Source of the DNA: Candidatus Omnitrophota bacterium
GTDB lineage: Bacteria; Omnitrophota; Gorgyraeia; Gygaellales; Profunditerraquicolaceae
Direction of reading: 5' to 3'
NCBI GenBank assembly: GCA_041662125.1
Contig: JBAZTA010000003.1
Location: 7,992-71,991 of the forward strand
DNA: 64,000 nucleotides
The translations under genes were made by a program, and so were the position numbers. The notes below the pieces were generated by a model. That model was given only the letters and a program-made list of their open reading frames with translations. It made no database searches and was not told the DNA's origin. Below, one piece after another: positions 16,074 through 25,175 of this stretch. Numbering within the stretch: position 1 is the first letter of the stretch; each line of letters opens with the position of its first letter.

Positions 16074-18767
16074 ATGGCTCAAAACCGCCTCAGTATATTT
16101 GAGGAATTTGCTCAAGTAGCCAAAACGTATCCTTCCAAAACAGCTGTTTTCTTTAAAAATAATAATGATTATTCTGAAGTATCGTACCTTGAGATCTATC
16201 AAAAAGCGCTAAAGCTAGGTAATTTCCTGATCCATTGGGGTGTGCAGAAATCCGATAGGATCGCCATTTTAATTGGTAACCAGCTTGAGTGGCCGGTATC
16301 TTTTTTTGCGGTACAGTTTGCGGGTGCGGTTGCGGTGCCTATTGATGTTCGCCTGCCAGCTCCTGACATTACCCAGTTGGTAATACATTCTTCTTCGAAA
16401 ATAATTCTCTGCGCAGAGAAAGTCTACGCTCAAAATACCGCGTTCCTGGACGGTTTAAAAAGTGTCAAAATACTGCTCATTGATTCGGTTTCTTTTCAGG
16501 AACAGTTTGTCAATTATTCTCTCAAGATGCAGGAAGCGCCGGTTTTCAGGGCTCTGGATACTGTTGCAGCTATGTTTTATACCTCCGGTACAACAGCCCT
16601 TCCTAAAGCAGTCATGCTCTCGCAGGTTAATCTTTTAGCCAATGTAGAATCGATACGAAAAATAAAAATAGTGACTCATCAGGATTGTTTAATTTCATTT
16701 CTGCCGCTTCATCATACCTATTCATGCATGGTCACCTGTTTGGTGCCGCTTCTTTTAGGCGCGCAGATCAGTTATCCGGCAAGTTTAAATTCTGATGATC
16801 TGCTGAATTGTATGCAAGAGACAAAAGTGAGTATTTTAGTCGGGGTGCCGCAATTCTTCTCAATTTTCCATAAAGCTATAAAACAAAAGTTTAAGAAGAT
16901 CCCTTTGCTTCTCAGGGCCGGAATAAATGTTTTGATCTGGATATTGTGGGTTTTTCGTAAATTAACAGGTGTTAATTTGAATAAATACCTGCTGCACAAA
17001 ATGCATTCCGTGTTCGGGAATAAATTGCGTTTTATGACTACAGGCGGTGCTAAGATTGAAACAACGATAATAGTTGATTTTTTCAAATGGGGATTTACGA
17101 TCTTAGAAGGGTACGGGTTGACGGAAACGTCTCCCGTGGTTACGTTTAATCCTCCTCTTAAGCCAAAAATCGGCACTGTCGGTAAGCCAATACCCGGAGT
17201 ACAGGTAAAGATATTAAATCCCGATGAGCAGGGGGTAGGTAAAGTTGCTATTCGTGGTGAGAATGTCATGTTGGGGTATTATCAGTTGCCTCAAGAGAAT
17301 GCGCGGGTGCTTAAAGATGGATGGTTTTTGACAGAAGATCTCGGGTATTTTGATAAAAGCGGCTACCTTTGTATTAAGGGCAGGAAAGATGAAATTATTG
17401 TCTTAAGCTCAGGAAAGAAGATAAACCCGGAAGAGATCGAACGGGAGTACCTTTTAAGCCCCTATATTAAAGAAATATGTGTTTTTGTTGCTTCGCGGGT
17501 AGGTTTTATTGGTGAGGCAAAGCAGTTGATGGCAGTAATTGTCCCTCATGAAGAATATTTCACCGCCCGGGGAGTACTCAATATTGAAGAAAAAATACGC
17601 TGGGAATTAGATAATTTATCCCATCAGATAAGTCATTATAAGCGTGTTACCGGTATTATTATCAGTAAAGAAAAGCTTCCGCGCACCGCATTAGGCAAGA
17701 TCATGCGCCATAAAATAGAAGAAAAATATGTTCAAGAGGGAGGTGGGGTTTTTCAGAATGGGAAGGGGGGGAGACTCAGTGAAGATGTGAGCTCATTCTC
17801 TTCGGAAATTTCCAAGAAAATACTTGAACAGATATCAAAGCGGCTTAATCGAAATGTTAAGTTGGATGATCATTTAGAGTTGGATCTAGGGCTTGATTCT
17901 TTGGGCAGGATCGAATTGCTTTTGGAGCTTTTCAAGTTTCTGAATATCCAGGCTTCAGAGTCAATACAGTCAGAATTCTTTTTCGCTCATACTATAAGAG
18001 ATTTACTGCTTAAACTGGAGCCTTTTATACCGCAGGATGTCAAATATGGCAATCAGGATGAGTTTTTATGGTCAGAAACTCTTCATGAGCGGCCATCTTC
18101 GAAAACTTTGAATATGGTAAGGTTTAAGCCGTTTTTTATTGATAAAATTGCGGCGTTACTTGTTATTACTATTGTGCGGTATGTCTTACGGGTATTTTTT
18201 CTTCTTTCAATTAAAGGCCGGGGAAATCTTCCCAAAAACGGGCCGTATATAGTTTTCGCGAATCATTCCAGTTATTTGGATGGTTTTGTTATAGCCGCAC
18301 TATTGCCGTTTCATGTGCTGCTTAAAACATATTTTGTAGGGTTAAAACGGATTTTCTTGAAGCCTTTTATCAGGGATTCGATTAAATTAGCGAGGTTAAT
18401 TCCTATAGATGTGACTTTGGACCTGGTTGAGGCAATGCGCATATGCGCCTATTTATTGGCTCAAAAGAAAATAGTCAGCTTTTTCCCTGAGGGCCAGCGT
18501 AACCCGGAAGGAGGAGTGATCAGGTTTAAGAAAGGTATAGGGATCTTAGCTAAGGAGCTCAATATTCCGCTGGTACCAGTTTATATTGATGGTACATTTC
18601 AAGCCTGGCCGAGGCACGCGAAATTGCCGCGTTTTCACGCGATAAAAGTTACAATTGGGAAACCCCTGAGTTATGCTGAATTAGTAAGTCAAAAGGTACT
18701 TAAAAGCGATGATTATGACGCGGTTGCCGAAGCTTTGCGGCAGGAGTTGCTTGCGTTGAAGAAATAG
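16074..18767 (+). CDS. Tri-domain fusion: AMP-dependent acyl-CoA/acyl-ACP ligase + acyl-carrier (phosphopantetheine) domain + PlsC-type lysophospholipid acyltransferase
   Basis: AMP-binding motifs (YTSGTTALPKAVMLSQ, TEDLGYFDKSGYLCIKGRKDE). ACP Ser motif LDLGLDSLGRIELL at ~17890. PlsC HX4D motif NHSSYLDG at ~18257 and FPEGQRN. Confidence 0.8.
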   Translation: MAQNRLSIFEEFAQVAKTYPSKTAVFFKNNNDYSEVSYLEIYQKALKLGNFLIHWGVQKSDRIAILIGNQLEWPVSFFAVQFAGAVAVPIDVRLPAPDITQLVIHSSSKIILCAEKVYAQNTAFLDGLKSVKILLIDSVSFQEQFVNYSLKMQEAPVFRALDTVAAMFYTSGTTALPKAVMLSQVNLLANVESIRKIKIVTHQDCLISFLPLHHTYSCMVTCLVPLLLGAQISYPASLNSDDLLNCMQETKVSILVGVPQFFSIFHKAIKQKFKKIPLLLRAGINVLIWILWVFRKLTGVNLNKYLLHKMHSVFGNKLRFMTTGGAKIETTIIVDFFKWGFTILEGYGLTETSPVVTFNPPLKPKIGTVGKPIPGVQVKILNPDEQGVGKVAIRGENVMLGYYQLPQENARVLKDGWFLTEDLGYFDKSGYLCIKGRKDEIIVLSSGKKINPEEIEREYLLSPYIKEICVFVASRVGFIGEAKQLMAVIVPHEEYFTARGVLNIEEKIRWELDNLSHQISHYKRVTGIIISKEKLPRTALGKIMRHKIEEKYVQEGGGVFQNGKGGRLSEDVSSFSSEISKKILEQISKRLNRNVKLDDHLELDLGLDSLGRIELLLELFKFLNIQASESIQSEFFFAHTIRDLLLKLEPFIPQDVKYGNQDEFLWSETLHERPSSKTLNMVRFKPFFIDKIAALLVITIVRYVLRVFFLLSIKGRGNLPKNGPYIVFANHSSYLDGFVIAALLPFHVLLKTYFVGLKRIFLKPFIRDSIKLARLIPIDVTLDLVEAMRICAYLLAQKKIVSFFPEGQRNPEGGVIRFKKGIGILAKELNIPLVPVYIDGTFQAWPRHAKLPRFHAIKVTIGKPLSYAELVSQKVLKSDDYDAVAEALRQELLALKK

Positions 18768-18775
18768 ATAGTTTT

Positions 18776-18845
18776 AAGACCCGGTCTTGGCTGTAATTAA
18801 AAACTACCTGTTAAGACCGGGTCTTGTTAGTAAGACCGGGACTTA
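18776..18845. repeat. REP-like repeat copy D
   Basis: AAGACCCGGTCTTGGCTGTAATTAAAAACTACCTGTTAAGACCGGGTCTT followed by TAAGACCGGGACTT. Confidence 0.7.
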
Positions 18846-18857
18846 ACAAAGAAGCTC

Positions 18858-19700
18858 ATGCAAAAATTATCTGACTTAACTAAAGATATATTAATAGGGT
18901 TATATATAAACTCAAGGAGTTCTCTTGCTGACATAGCAGCAATTTATGGGGTTTCTCGGACAGCCATTTACAAAAAACTTAAAGAATACGGCATTAAATT
19001 GCGTTCGAAATCAGAGGCAAGGATTGAAGCGCAAAAACAAGACAAATTGCCACAAAAGTTCTTTGATATAAATGATGATTTCTTTTCGAAATGGGCACCA
19101 GAGATGGCATATGTCTTAGGTTTGATTATAACGGATGGATGTGTGTCTATGGCTGGTACAGTTTCTTTATGTATTAATGATAAAGAATTACTTGAAAAAG
19201 TTAAGAAAGTTATGGGGTCTGAGCATAAAATTGAGCTGTCGAAACACCAAAAAGGCTTATATTATTTTCGCTTTTCAAGAGAAAAATTAGTCAAGGATTT
19301 GGAGAAATTATGTGTTGTGCCTAGAAAAAGTCTTATTGTTAAATTTCCTGATGTGCCAAAAGAACACTTACCTGATTTTATTAGAGGAGTGTTTGATGGT
19401 GATGGCAGCGTATTTTTTGATAAACGACGGCCAAAATTTCCTTTAAGATCGAAGTTTGTGAGCAGTTCAGAGGTTTTTATAGTAGAATTACAAGTAGCAC
19501 TTGAAGGCTTAGGTATGCCTAAACGGACGATTTATAAACAAAAAACAAAGAATGGTTGGAGTTATATGATTATTTATGATCATAAAAATAGCATAGATTT
19601 ATTTAATTTACTATATAGTAATGTTAAAAATTGTCTATATTTAGAGCGAAAACATCAATGTTTCTTGGAGGGGTTAGATATGTCTAAAAGGATTTTATAA
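18858..19700 (+). CDS. Free-standing double-motif LAGLIDADG homing-endonuclease-like protein with N-terminal HTH
   Basis: Two LAGLIDADG motifs (AYVLGLIITDGCVS, FIRGVFDGDGSVFF). N-terminal sigma-70 region-4-like HTH (LADIAAIYGVSRTAIYKKLKEYGI). The gene is markedly AT-rich compared with its neighbours. Confidence 0.75.
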   Translation: MQKLSDLTKDILIGLYINSRSSLADIAAIYGVSRTAIYKKLKEYGIKLRSKSEARIEAQKQDKLPQKFFDINDDFFSKWAPEMAYVLGLIITDGCVSMAGTVSLCINDKELLEKVKKVMGSEHKIELSKHQKGLYYFRFSREKLVKDLEKLCVVPRKSLIVKFPDVPKEHLPDFIRGVFDGDGSVFFDKRRPKFPLRSKFVSSSEVFIVELQVALEGLGMPKRTIYKQKTKNGWSYMIIYDHKNSIDLFNLLYSNVKNCLYLERKHQCFLEGLDMSKRIL

Positions 19701-19907
19701 ATGGATAAAGAACTTGAAGATTGGTATATGTTACACAAATTTCATTTTTATGCCGGTAATTATGAAACTAAAGATTTAGCTGCTTTTTTAGGTATTAACT
19801 CGCGGACAATCCAGAGATGGATTAAAGAGACGACCAAGCCAACCAAAGACCAATTAGCCAAAATCAAAACGTATTTGGACCAAAAGAAGCAAAAAGATTC
19901 ATTATAA
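19701..19907 (+). CDS. Small HTH protein (68 aa)
   Basis: LAAFLGINSRTIQRWIKE helix-turn-helix. Its start abuts the stop of the LAGLIDADG gene. Confidence 0.4.
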   Translation: MDKELEDWYMLHKFHFYAGNYETKDLAAFLGINSRTIQRWIKETTKPTKDQLAKIKTYLDQKKQKDSL

Positions 19908-20153
19908 ACAAGGCTTTATTTTGTTTTTCTATATGTCGCACTAGTGCCTATAATATATCTTATGTTAACTTGAGAATATTGCTGAACTGTGTTCAACATG
20001 TTGTTGAATAAAGGTTTACAATCATTGTTATTTCCTTGTGGATAAGCCATGTTGGACTTACTTCTGTTTACTTAGATTTATGTGGTTTTCTTATGATTAA
20101 CATTGGTAAGCAGATTATACGGTGTTTTGTTCTTAGGTTGCTTTTGTAGGTTA

Positions 20154-21302
20154 TTATGCTATTTTTCTGGAAAGAGTAATTACTGCGGGAATAATGCTGC
20201 CTTCGCCAAGTTTGGTATTGATTTTATCCATGGCTTTGATCAATGCCTCCCTTCTTTTTTGTTCGGTAAATAGAGGGGGGTAATCTGGGGTATGTAATGA
20301 GCTGCAGGTTATCCCTAATGCCCGTACAAGGGCCGGTCTTGGGGCTATTTTGACCATTATTCTTAAAGTTCGGGCATATATTTCATACCCATCATTGGTT
20401 GCTTGTTCCTGGGTTCTTTGTGCCATAAGATTGCCGATTTCCGGGCCGTTTAACCATAGATGTGTGGTTTGGCTGGTGAGGTTTTTTTGCCGTAATCTTT
20501 CCGCTACCATTTCAGATAAAAGCCGTAACCAGGATTTTATAAACCGGGGGGTTTTTGATGCTCTTGGTAAGGTGTATGAATGGCCTATTGATTGCGGGGC
20601 CTCTTCTTTGATCTCTTGGCTGAAATGTTCAGTTGCATGTAATGCGGCATAGAGATTAAGCCCGTTTTTTCCTGAAAAACGTTGCAAGAAATCAGGTGTT
20701 TTTTCGTATAGATCAAGGCAGGTTTGAATGCCTAAACTATTAAAGGATGTCTGTGATTTCTTACCGACACCGCAGAGCTTTTGAACTGGGGTTTGAGCCA
20801 GGGCCTGAGTCAGGTTTTTTTCGGTTAATATGGCTATACCGTTTGGTTTCTTAAGTTTTGAGGCTAATTTAGCTAAAATGCAATTCTTGGCTATGCCGAT
20901 CGATGCGGTAATGTGAAATCTGTCTTCTATTTGTTTTTGTATGGTTTTGGCTAAAATAAACGGCTGGGGTTCTTTGTCTATGTCCATGCGAAATTCGTCA
21001 ATCGATGCGTAGGATACTTCAAATCCGTAGGTTTTTACCATTTCAAAGATCTGTTCCGATGTCCAGATATATTTACTTTGTTCCGCGGGGACAAATTCTA
21101 GGTTTGGGCATAATTGATACGCGTCTTTTGAAGCCATGCCAGAGCTGATACCGTACGCTTTGGCTTCATAGCTTGCAGCGCAAACAACGGTGTACATTTT
21201 ATTGTTTCTTGAGCCGACAATTAATGGTTTGCCTTTTAGCCGGGGATTGATCGCTTGTTCTATGGATGCGAAAAACGCGTCCATGTCAATATGGAGAATC
21301 AT
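20154..21302 (-). CDS. dinB: Y-family translesion DNA polymerase (DinB/UmuC-like)
   Basis: MILHIDMDAFFASIEQ and SIDEFRMD catalytic acidic motifs. Little-finger region. Last gene of a lexA operon. Confidence 0.85.
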   Translation of the reverse strand: MILHIDMDAFFASIEQAINPRLKGKPLIVGSRNNKMYTVVCAASYEAKAYGISSGMASKDAYQLCPNLEFVPAEQSKYIWTSEQIFEMVKTYGFEVSYASIDEFRMDIDKEPQPFILAKTIQKQIEDRFHITASIGIAKNCILAKLASKLKKPNGIAILTEKNLTQALAQTPVQKLCGVGKKSQTSFNSLGIQTCLDLYEKTPDFLQRFSGKNGLNLYAALHATEHFSQEIKEEAPQSIGHSYTLPRASKTPRFIKSWLRLLSEMVAERLRQKNLTSQTTHLWLNGPEIGNLMAQRTQEQATNDGYEIYARTLRIMVKIAPRPALVRALGITCSSLHTPDYPPLFTEQKRREALIKAMDKINTKLGEGSIIPAVITLSRKIA

Positions 21303-21311
21303 GGGAAGAAG

Positions 21312-21626
21312 TTATGCGATTATTCTATCAAGTTGCCAGCTGAAACTGATGTTCGTAAAAGATATTTGGTAAAGATCAATGCCGGTGTTAACCGAAAAGT
21401 AAGTGATAAGCTCTTGGCCGCGGCGCTCCTGCCAGGTATAGGAAATGTTCTTGATCTTGTATTTCTTTTGCTTCCAGGTGAAGATGCGTGGAAGAATCTT
21501 CCCGTTTTTAAACCAGGCAAGAACATCGATTCTTTCATCGAGTAATCCGCTGGTTTCTTCCGGGTTGTTCTCTTGCTGCGGCATATTTCTATCCCAACGC
21601 GCTTTTGGATTAAAAGTCTGTTTCAT
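21312..21626 (-). CDS. Hypothetical 104-aa protein within the SOS operon (possible UmuD'-substitute / YolD-like accessory)
   Basis: Located between lexA and the polymerase, with short intergenic gaps. No motif recognised. Confidence 0.4.
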   Translation of the reverse strand: MKQTFNPKARWDRNMPQQENNPEETSGLLDERIDVLAWFKNGKILPRIFTWKQKKYKIKNISYTWQERRGQELITYFSVNTGIDLYQISFTNISFSWQLDRIIA

Positions 21627-21666
21627 AGGTATGGATTAGGGACGGTTCTCGTAGGTATCGTTTAAA

Positions 21667-22260
21667 TTAATACTTCCTGATTATCGTAAGCAGCTTACCG
21701 ATAATGCTGAATTCCGCGCGGATAGGTTGATAGTTTTGATTCGCCGGCTCAAGAAACGCGGTATTGCTTTTGGTTTTAAGCCGTTTCAGGGTGACTTCAT
21801 TATTATCTAAGAGCGCGGCAATGATATCGTTGTTATCAGCCACAGGCTGTTTCTTGATGACCGCGATATCCCCGGAAATGATACCTGCATCAACCATGCT
21901 GTCGCCTTTAACCCTTACGGCAAAGACGTCATTGAAGCTTAAGCGCCCAAGGAATAAGTCGTAGGTATCCACATAACCTTCAATGTCCTCATAGGCAAAG
22001 CTTGGCTTGCCGGCGGCAATGGTGCTTATGATCGGGATCTTGTTGAACGTATGCAATAATTCGATAGCCCGGGATTTATTACTGCCGCGTTTTACATAGC
22101 CTTTTTTCACCAGGGCGTTTAGATAATCCCTGACTGTGCCTGTTGAGGAAAATCCTAAGCCTTTGGCGATTTCGCGGATCGTGGGCGGAATGTTTTCGCG
22201 CACCTTTTCGCAAATAAACTCCAGTACTTTCTTTTGTTTCTCTGTTAATTCTCGAACCAT
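21667..22260 (-). CDS. lexA: LexA repressor
   Basis: N-terminal winged HTH. Ala-Gly cleavage region. S24 peptidase Ser (VKGDSM) and Lys (AVIKKQ). Confidence 0.85.
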   Translation of the reverse strand: MVRELTEKQKKVLEFICEKVRENIPPTIREIAKGLGFSSTGTVRDYLNALVKKGYVKRGSNKSRAIELLHTFNKIPIISTIAAGKPSFAYEDIEGYVDTYDLFLGRLSFNDVFAVRVKGDSMVDAGIISGDIAVIKKQPVADNNDIIAALLDNNEVTLKRLKTKSNTAFLEPANQNYQPIRAEFSIIGKLLTIIRKY

Positions 22261-22263
22261 GCG

Positions 22264-22316
22264 GCACCTCCTGTAATTTTACTATATACCACACATTTGT
22301 GTGGATGTCAAGGGTA
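22264..22316 (-). promoter_or_regulatory. lexA promoter (TTGACA-N17-TATATA) with the palindrome CCACACA-AA-TGTGTGG filling the spacer; candidate LexA operator
   Basis: Read in gene orientation: cccTTGACAtccacacaaatgtgtggTATATAgtaaaattacAGGAGGtgccgcATG. The palindrome core is at 22289-22304. Confidence 0.5.
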
Positions 22317-22396
22317 TTTTACCCCCTCTTCTCTTTAAAAGCCTCTTCCCTGCTTGGTTTTTAAGGGGTTTTTTGTGTTTTTGGGGGATGTATGTA

Positions 22397-22981
22397 TTAC
22401 CTTTGGAAGTTTGTTAAATGGAGCCACCAGTCTTTTGACTCCATAGCGAGGATCTGTTTAAACAGCTGTTGCGCGGATCTTGTTTTGAGGAACTTCCCTA
22501 TTTTAAGAAAACTTTTTGCCTGTTTAAAGCCGAATTCCAGGTATTCTTTTGCCTGAAGCGCGCATTCAAGGATATCGGCGTCCCTGGCAATGATCGATTC
22601 TTTTGAACTCTGAGTGTAATATTTTTCCAGGATCACGGTTAATTCCCGGGCTATTGTTTCGGGAAGCAGCTTTAATTGTTCCTTGGAAACTTTTGGGTCT
22701 ATTTTTTTAAAGTCAATATAGCGGCTGCTTACTTTATGAGAATCATTGATACGCGCTTCATGCATGTCATGAAAAAGTGTCGCCAGCAATACTTCAGAAG
22801 AATCTGCTTTTTCCATTTTAGCGAGCATATAGCCGATGACGCAGCAGCGGAAAGAATGTTCCGCAACACTTTCAGGGTCTTTGATACCAACGACCCACCA
22901 GCCGCTTCTTTTTACCCGCTTAAGCTGGCCGGCTTCAGCAAGAAAGCAAATAATGTTCTGGGTAGGTTTATTTTTGCGCAT
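22397..22981 (-). CDS. HD-domain phosphohydrolase (YfbR-like 5'-nucleotidase family)
   Basis: H...HD...H...D metal ligands (HSFRCCVIG, LFHDMHEARINDSHK). Confidence 0.6.
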   Translation of the reverse strand: MRKNKPTQNIICFLAEAGQLKRVKRSGWWVVGIKDPESVAEHSFRCCVIGYMLAKMEKADSSEVLLATLFHDMHEARINDSHKVSSRYIDFKKIDPKVSKEQLKLLPETIARELTVILEKYYTQSSKESIIARDADILECALQAKEYLEFGFKQAKSFLKIGKFLKTRSAQQLFKQILAMESKDWWLHLTNFQR

Positions 22982-23690
22982 TATTGTATCTTTGACAGGT
23001 TATTTCGTAGCAGAATATACCAACTGCCATAGCGACATTAAATGAAAGGCCTGCCCCATGCATGGGCAGGGTTAATGAATAATCGATATGTTTGATCAAT
23101 CCGGTACGTATCCCTTCTCCTTCTGAACCGAATACAAGGCACAGGGGGAAATTTAAATTGACTTGCCTGGGGTTTTCTCCTCCTTTAACAAGGGTTGCTC
23201 CTACCCAGTAACCTGCTTCTTTTGCTTTCTGAATCACCATACTCAGCGTATTGACTTGAACCACCGGGACGTAATTCTCAGCTCCGCAGGCGACTTTCAG
23301 GACAGCTTCGGTGATCTCGACAGTTTCCCGTTTGGGTAATACAATGCAAAAGTTGCCAAAACAGGCGCAGTTGCGCAGTATGACACCTAAGTTTTGCGGG
23401 TCATTGATCCGGTCAAGGCAAATTAATGTTGGTTTTGTTTCTTGAGTAATAATATCATCAAGGTCAGCATAGGGAAAATCATCGATCTCCGCCATGACCC
23501 CTTGAGCGTTGACTTTTTGGGCAAGCTGGAGAAACCTTTTTTCGGGAAGCATCTCAACGAAAATATGGTGTTTGCGTGCCATGCCTATTACTTCAGGGCG
23601 AGATATTTTTTCCTGCAGATAGATGCGTTTTATTGTCTTGGGGTTTGTATGCATTCTTTCAGTGACTGACCTTTTTCCGTAAAGTCTCAT
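22968..23690 (-). CDS. rlmB: SpoU/TrmH-family RNA 2'-O-methyltransferase (RlmB-like)
   Basis: SPOUT motifs NLGVILRNCACFG, LVFGSEGEGIR and SLNVAMAVGIFCYE. Confidence 0.8.
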   Translation of the reverse strand: MRLYGKRSVTERMHTNPKTIKRIYLQEKISRPEVIGMARKHHIFVEMLPEKRFLQLAQKVNAQGVMAEIDDFPYADLDDIITQETKPTLICLDRINDPQNLGVILRNCACFGNFCIVLPKRETVEITEAVLKVACGAENYVPVVQVNTLSMVIQKAKEAGYWVGATLVKGGENPRQVNLNFPLCLVFGSEGEGIRTGLIKHIDYSLTLPMHGAGLSFNVAMAVGIFCYEITCQRYNNAQK

Positions 23691-23706
23691 ATTTTTACCT
23701 CTCGTT

Positions 23707-24195
23707 TTATGTTCTTGATTTAATTTTTTTTCTACTCAAGATAAGCAGTATCGCGCAATAAACCATAAGTGCCAGTATAAACGCAATTGAAATATAACCG
23801 ATGAGCACGGGGAGAATGATTTTAAGGGCCGTTAATTGCAACAGGTTTTGCCAATGGAAATATTTGAGTATCTCTATCCACTGTTGTTGGATTTCTTGCC
23901 ACGGTACGCCGATTAAAAAAGATCCTATTTTGATTGATAAGAGGAATGTTATCAGGCTTAACCAGGTGTTGCTCAAGAAGCTGCCTAAAAGAGCGCTGGC
24001 GCGGTTTACGCGGAAAATGATTGCTAAGGTTAAAGCCGCAAGAGGGCCGATACCGGGCATGATCCCGGTAAAAACGCCTAAGCCGAACCCTAATGCTATT
24101 TTCTGGGGTGTATCATTGATCCTGAAAATCTTTAAATAGATTAATTTCAGGAATCGCAAGAGTTTATTGTTGCCGTTTTTTGCAGGCACTTTCAT
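23707..24195 (-). CDS. DUF2062-like small membrane protein
   Basis: GFGLGVFTGIMPGIGPL...IFRVNRASALLGSFLSNTWL pattern with three TM helices. Confidence 0.45.
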   Translation of the reverse strand: MKVPAKNGNNKLLRFLKLIYLKIFRINDTPQKIALGFGLGVFTGIMPGIGPLAALTLAIIFRVNRASALLGSFLSNTWLSLITFLLSIKIGSFLIGVPWQEIQQQWIEILKYFHWQNLLQLTALKIILPVLIGYISIAFILALMVYCAILLILSRKKIKSRT

Positions 24196-24197
24196 CC

Positions 24198-25175
24198 TTA
24201 TATTTTTGGCTTGTCTTCTTCCATTGCCGGCTTAATATTGACACCGGCAAACCGTTCTAAACCAAATGATTCCTGCATCCAGCCATTTTCTAAGTCATGG
24301 CGCTGCATGATCTCTTGGGCTTTATTATATTCTTCCTGCCTGAGACGGCGTGAGATTTCTTTGAATTCTGCTGCTTTATAATACGGGTGGTATTGGCTCA
24401 TCAGGCTTATATAAGTTTGCGGCGATATTTCTTGAGCGATAAATTTCATGATCGTTTCAGTCCCTGAGATATTACCCGGTAAGACCAGATGCCGGATGAT
24501 GAGCCCGTGTTTAATGATCCCGTGTTCATCAAAACGTGCCGTCCCTGTTTGGTCCTGCATTTCTTTGACCGCAGCCTGATTGTATTTTGGATAATCGGGG
24601 GCGTTTGAATATTTCTTTGAATTCCTGGTGTCGGCATAACGCATATCAGGGAGATAAATATCAACGATCCCCGCCAGCATTTTTATGATCTCCGGCCGTT
24701 CATATCCGCTGGTATTATACACCAGCGGTATGTTGAGCCCTTGGGGAATTGCCAGCAACAGCGCTTTTAATATCTGTGGCAATACATGGGTAGGTGTTAC
24801 GAGATTAATATTGTGAGTCCCCCTGTGCTGAAGATCGATCATTATTTTAGCAAGTTCATCGTAACTGACCGGTTTTCCTTTGCCTTCCTGGCTAAATTCA
24901 AAATTCTGGCAGTAAACACAGCTCATCGTGCAGCGTGAAAAGAAGATCGTCCCGGAGCCGCGTTCACCTGAGATGGGGGGCTCTTCTCCGTGATGCGCTA
25001 AAAAGTTGTAAATCTGCGGCAGGAACCCTGTTTTACAGGCTCCCGTTTTTCCTTTTAAACGGTTTACCCCGCATTTACGCGGGCAGATGCTGCATGCTTC
25101 AAGCATCGTGAATGCCTCTTCTGTTATTTTCTGCAAGGAACCGTTATGATAAGCATTTAAATATGATGGGTACAT
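24198..25175 (-). CDS. Radical SAM enzyme (PflX / AmmeMemoRadiSam-type)
   Basis: CxxxCxxC cluster CTMSCVYC plus extra N-terminal Cys pairs. The ORF track start at 25262 overlaps the upstream gene; the internal Met at 25175 avoids that overlap. Confidence 0.75.
   Translation of the reverse strand: MYPSYLNAYHNGSLQKITEEAFTMLEACSICPRKCGVNRLKGKTGACKTGFLPQIYNFLAHHGEEPPISGERGSGTIFFSRCTMSCVYCQNFEFSQEGKGKPVSYDELAKIMIDLQHRGTHNINLVTPTHVLPQILKALLLAIPQGLNIPLVYNTSGYERPEIIKMLAGIVDIYLPDMRYADTRNSKKYSNAPDYPKYNQAAVKEMQDQTGTARFDEHGIIKHGLIIRHLVLPGNISGTETIMKFIAQEISPQTYISLMSQYHPYYKAAEFKEISRRLRQEEYNKAQEIMQRHDLENGWMQESFGLERFAGVNIKPAMEEDKPKI

Noticed and set aside
19985-20010. GAAC-TGT-GTTC palindrome resembling a Cheo-type LexA box
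   Set aside because: The spacer is 3 rather than 4, and it lies downstream of the polymerase stop rather than in a promoter. The better operator candidate is the CCACACA-AA-TGTGTGG palindrome inside the lexA promoter.
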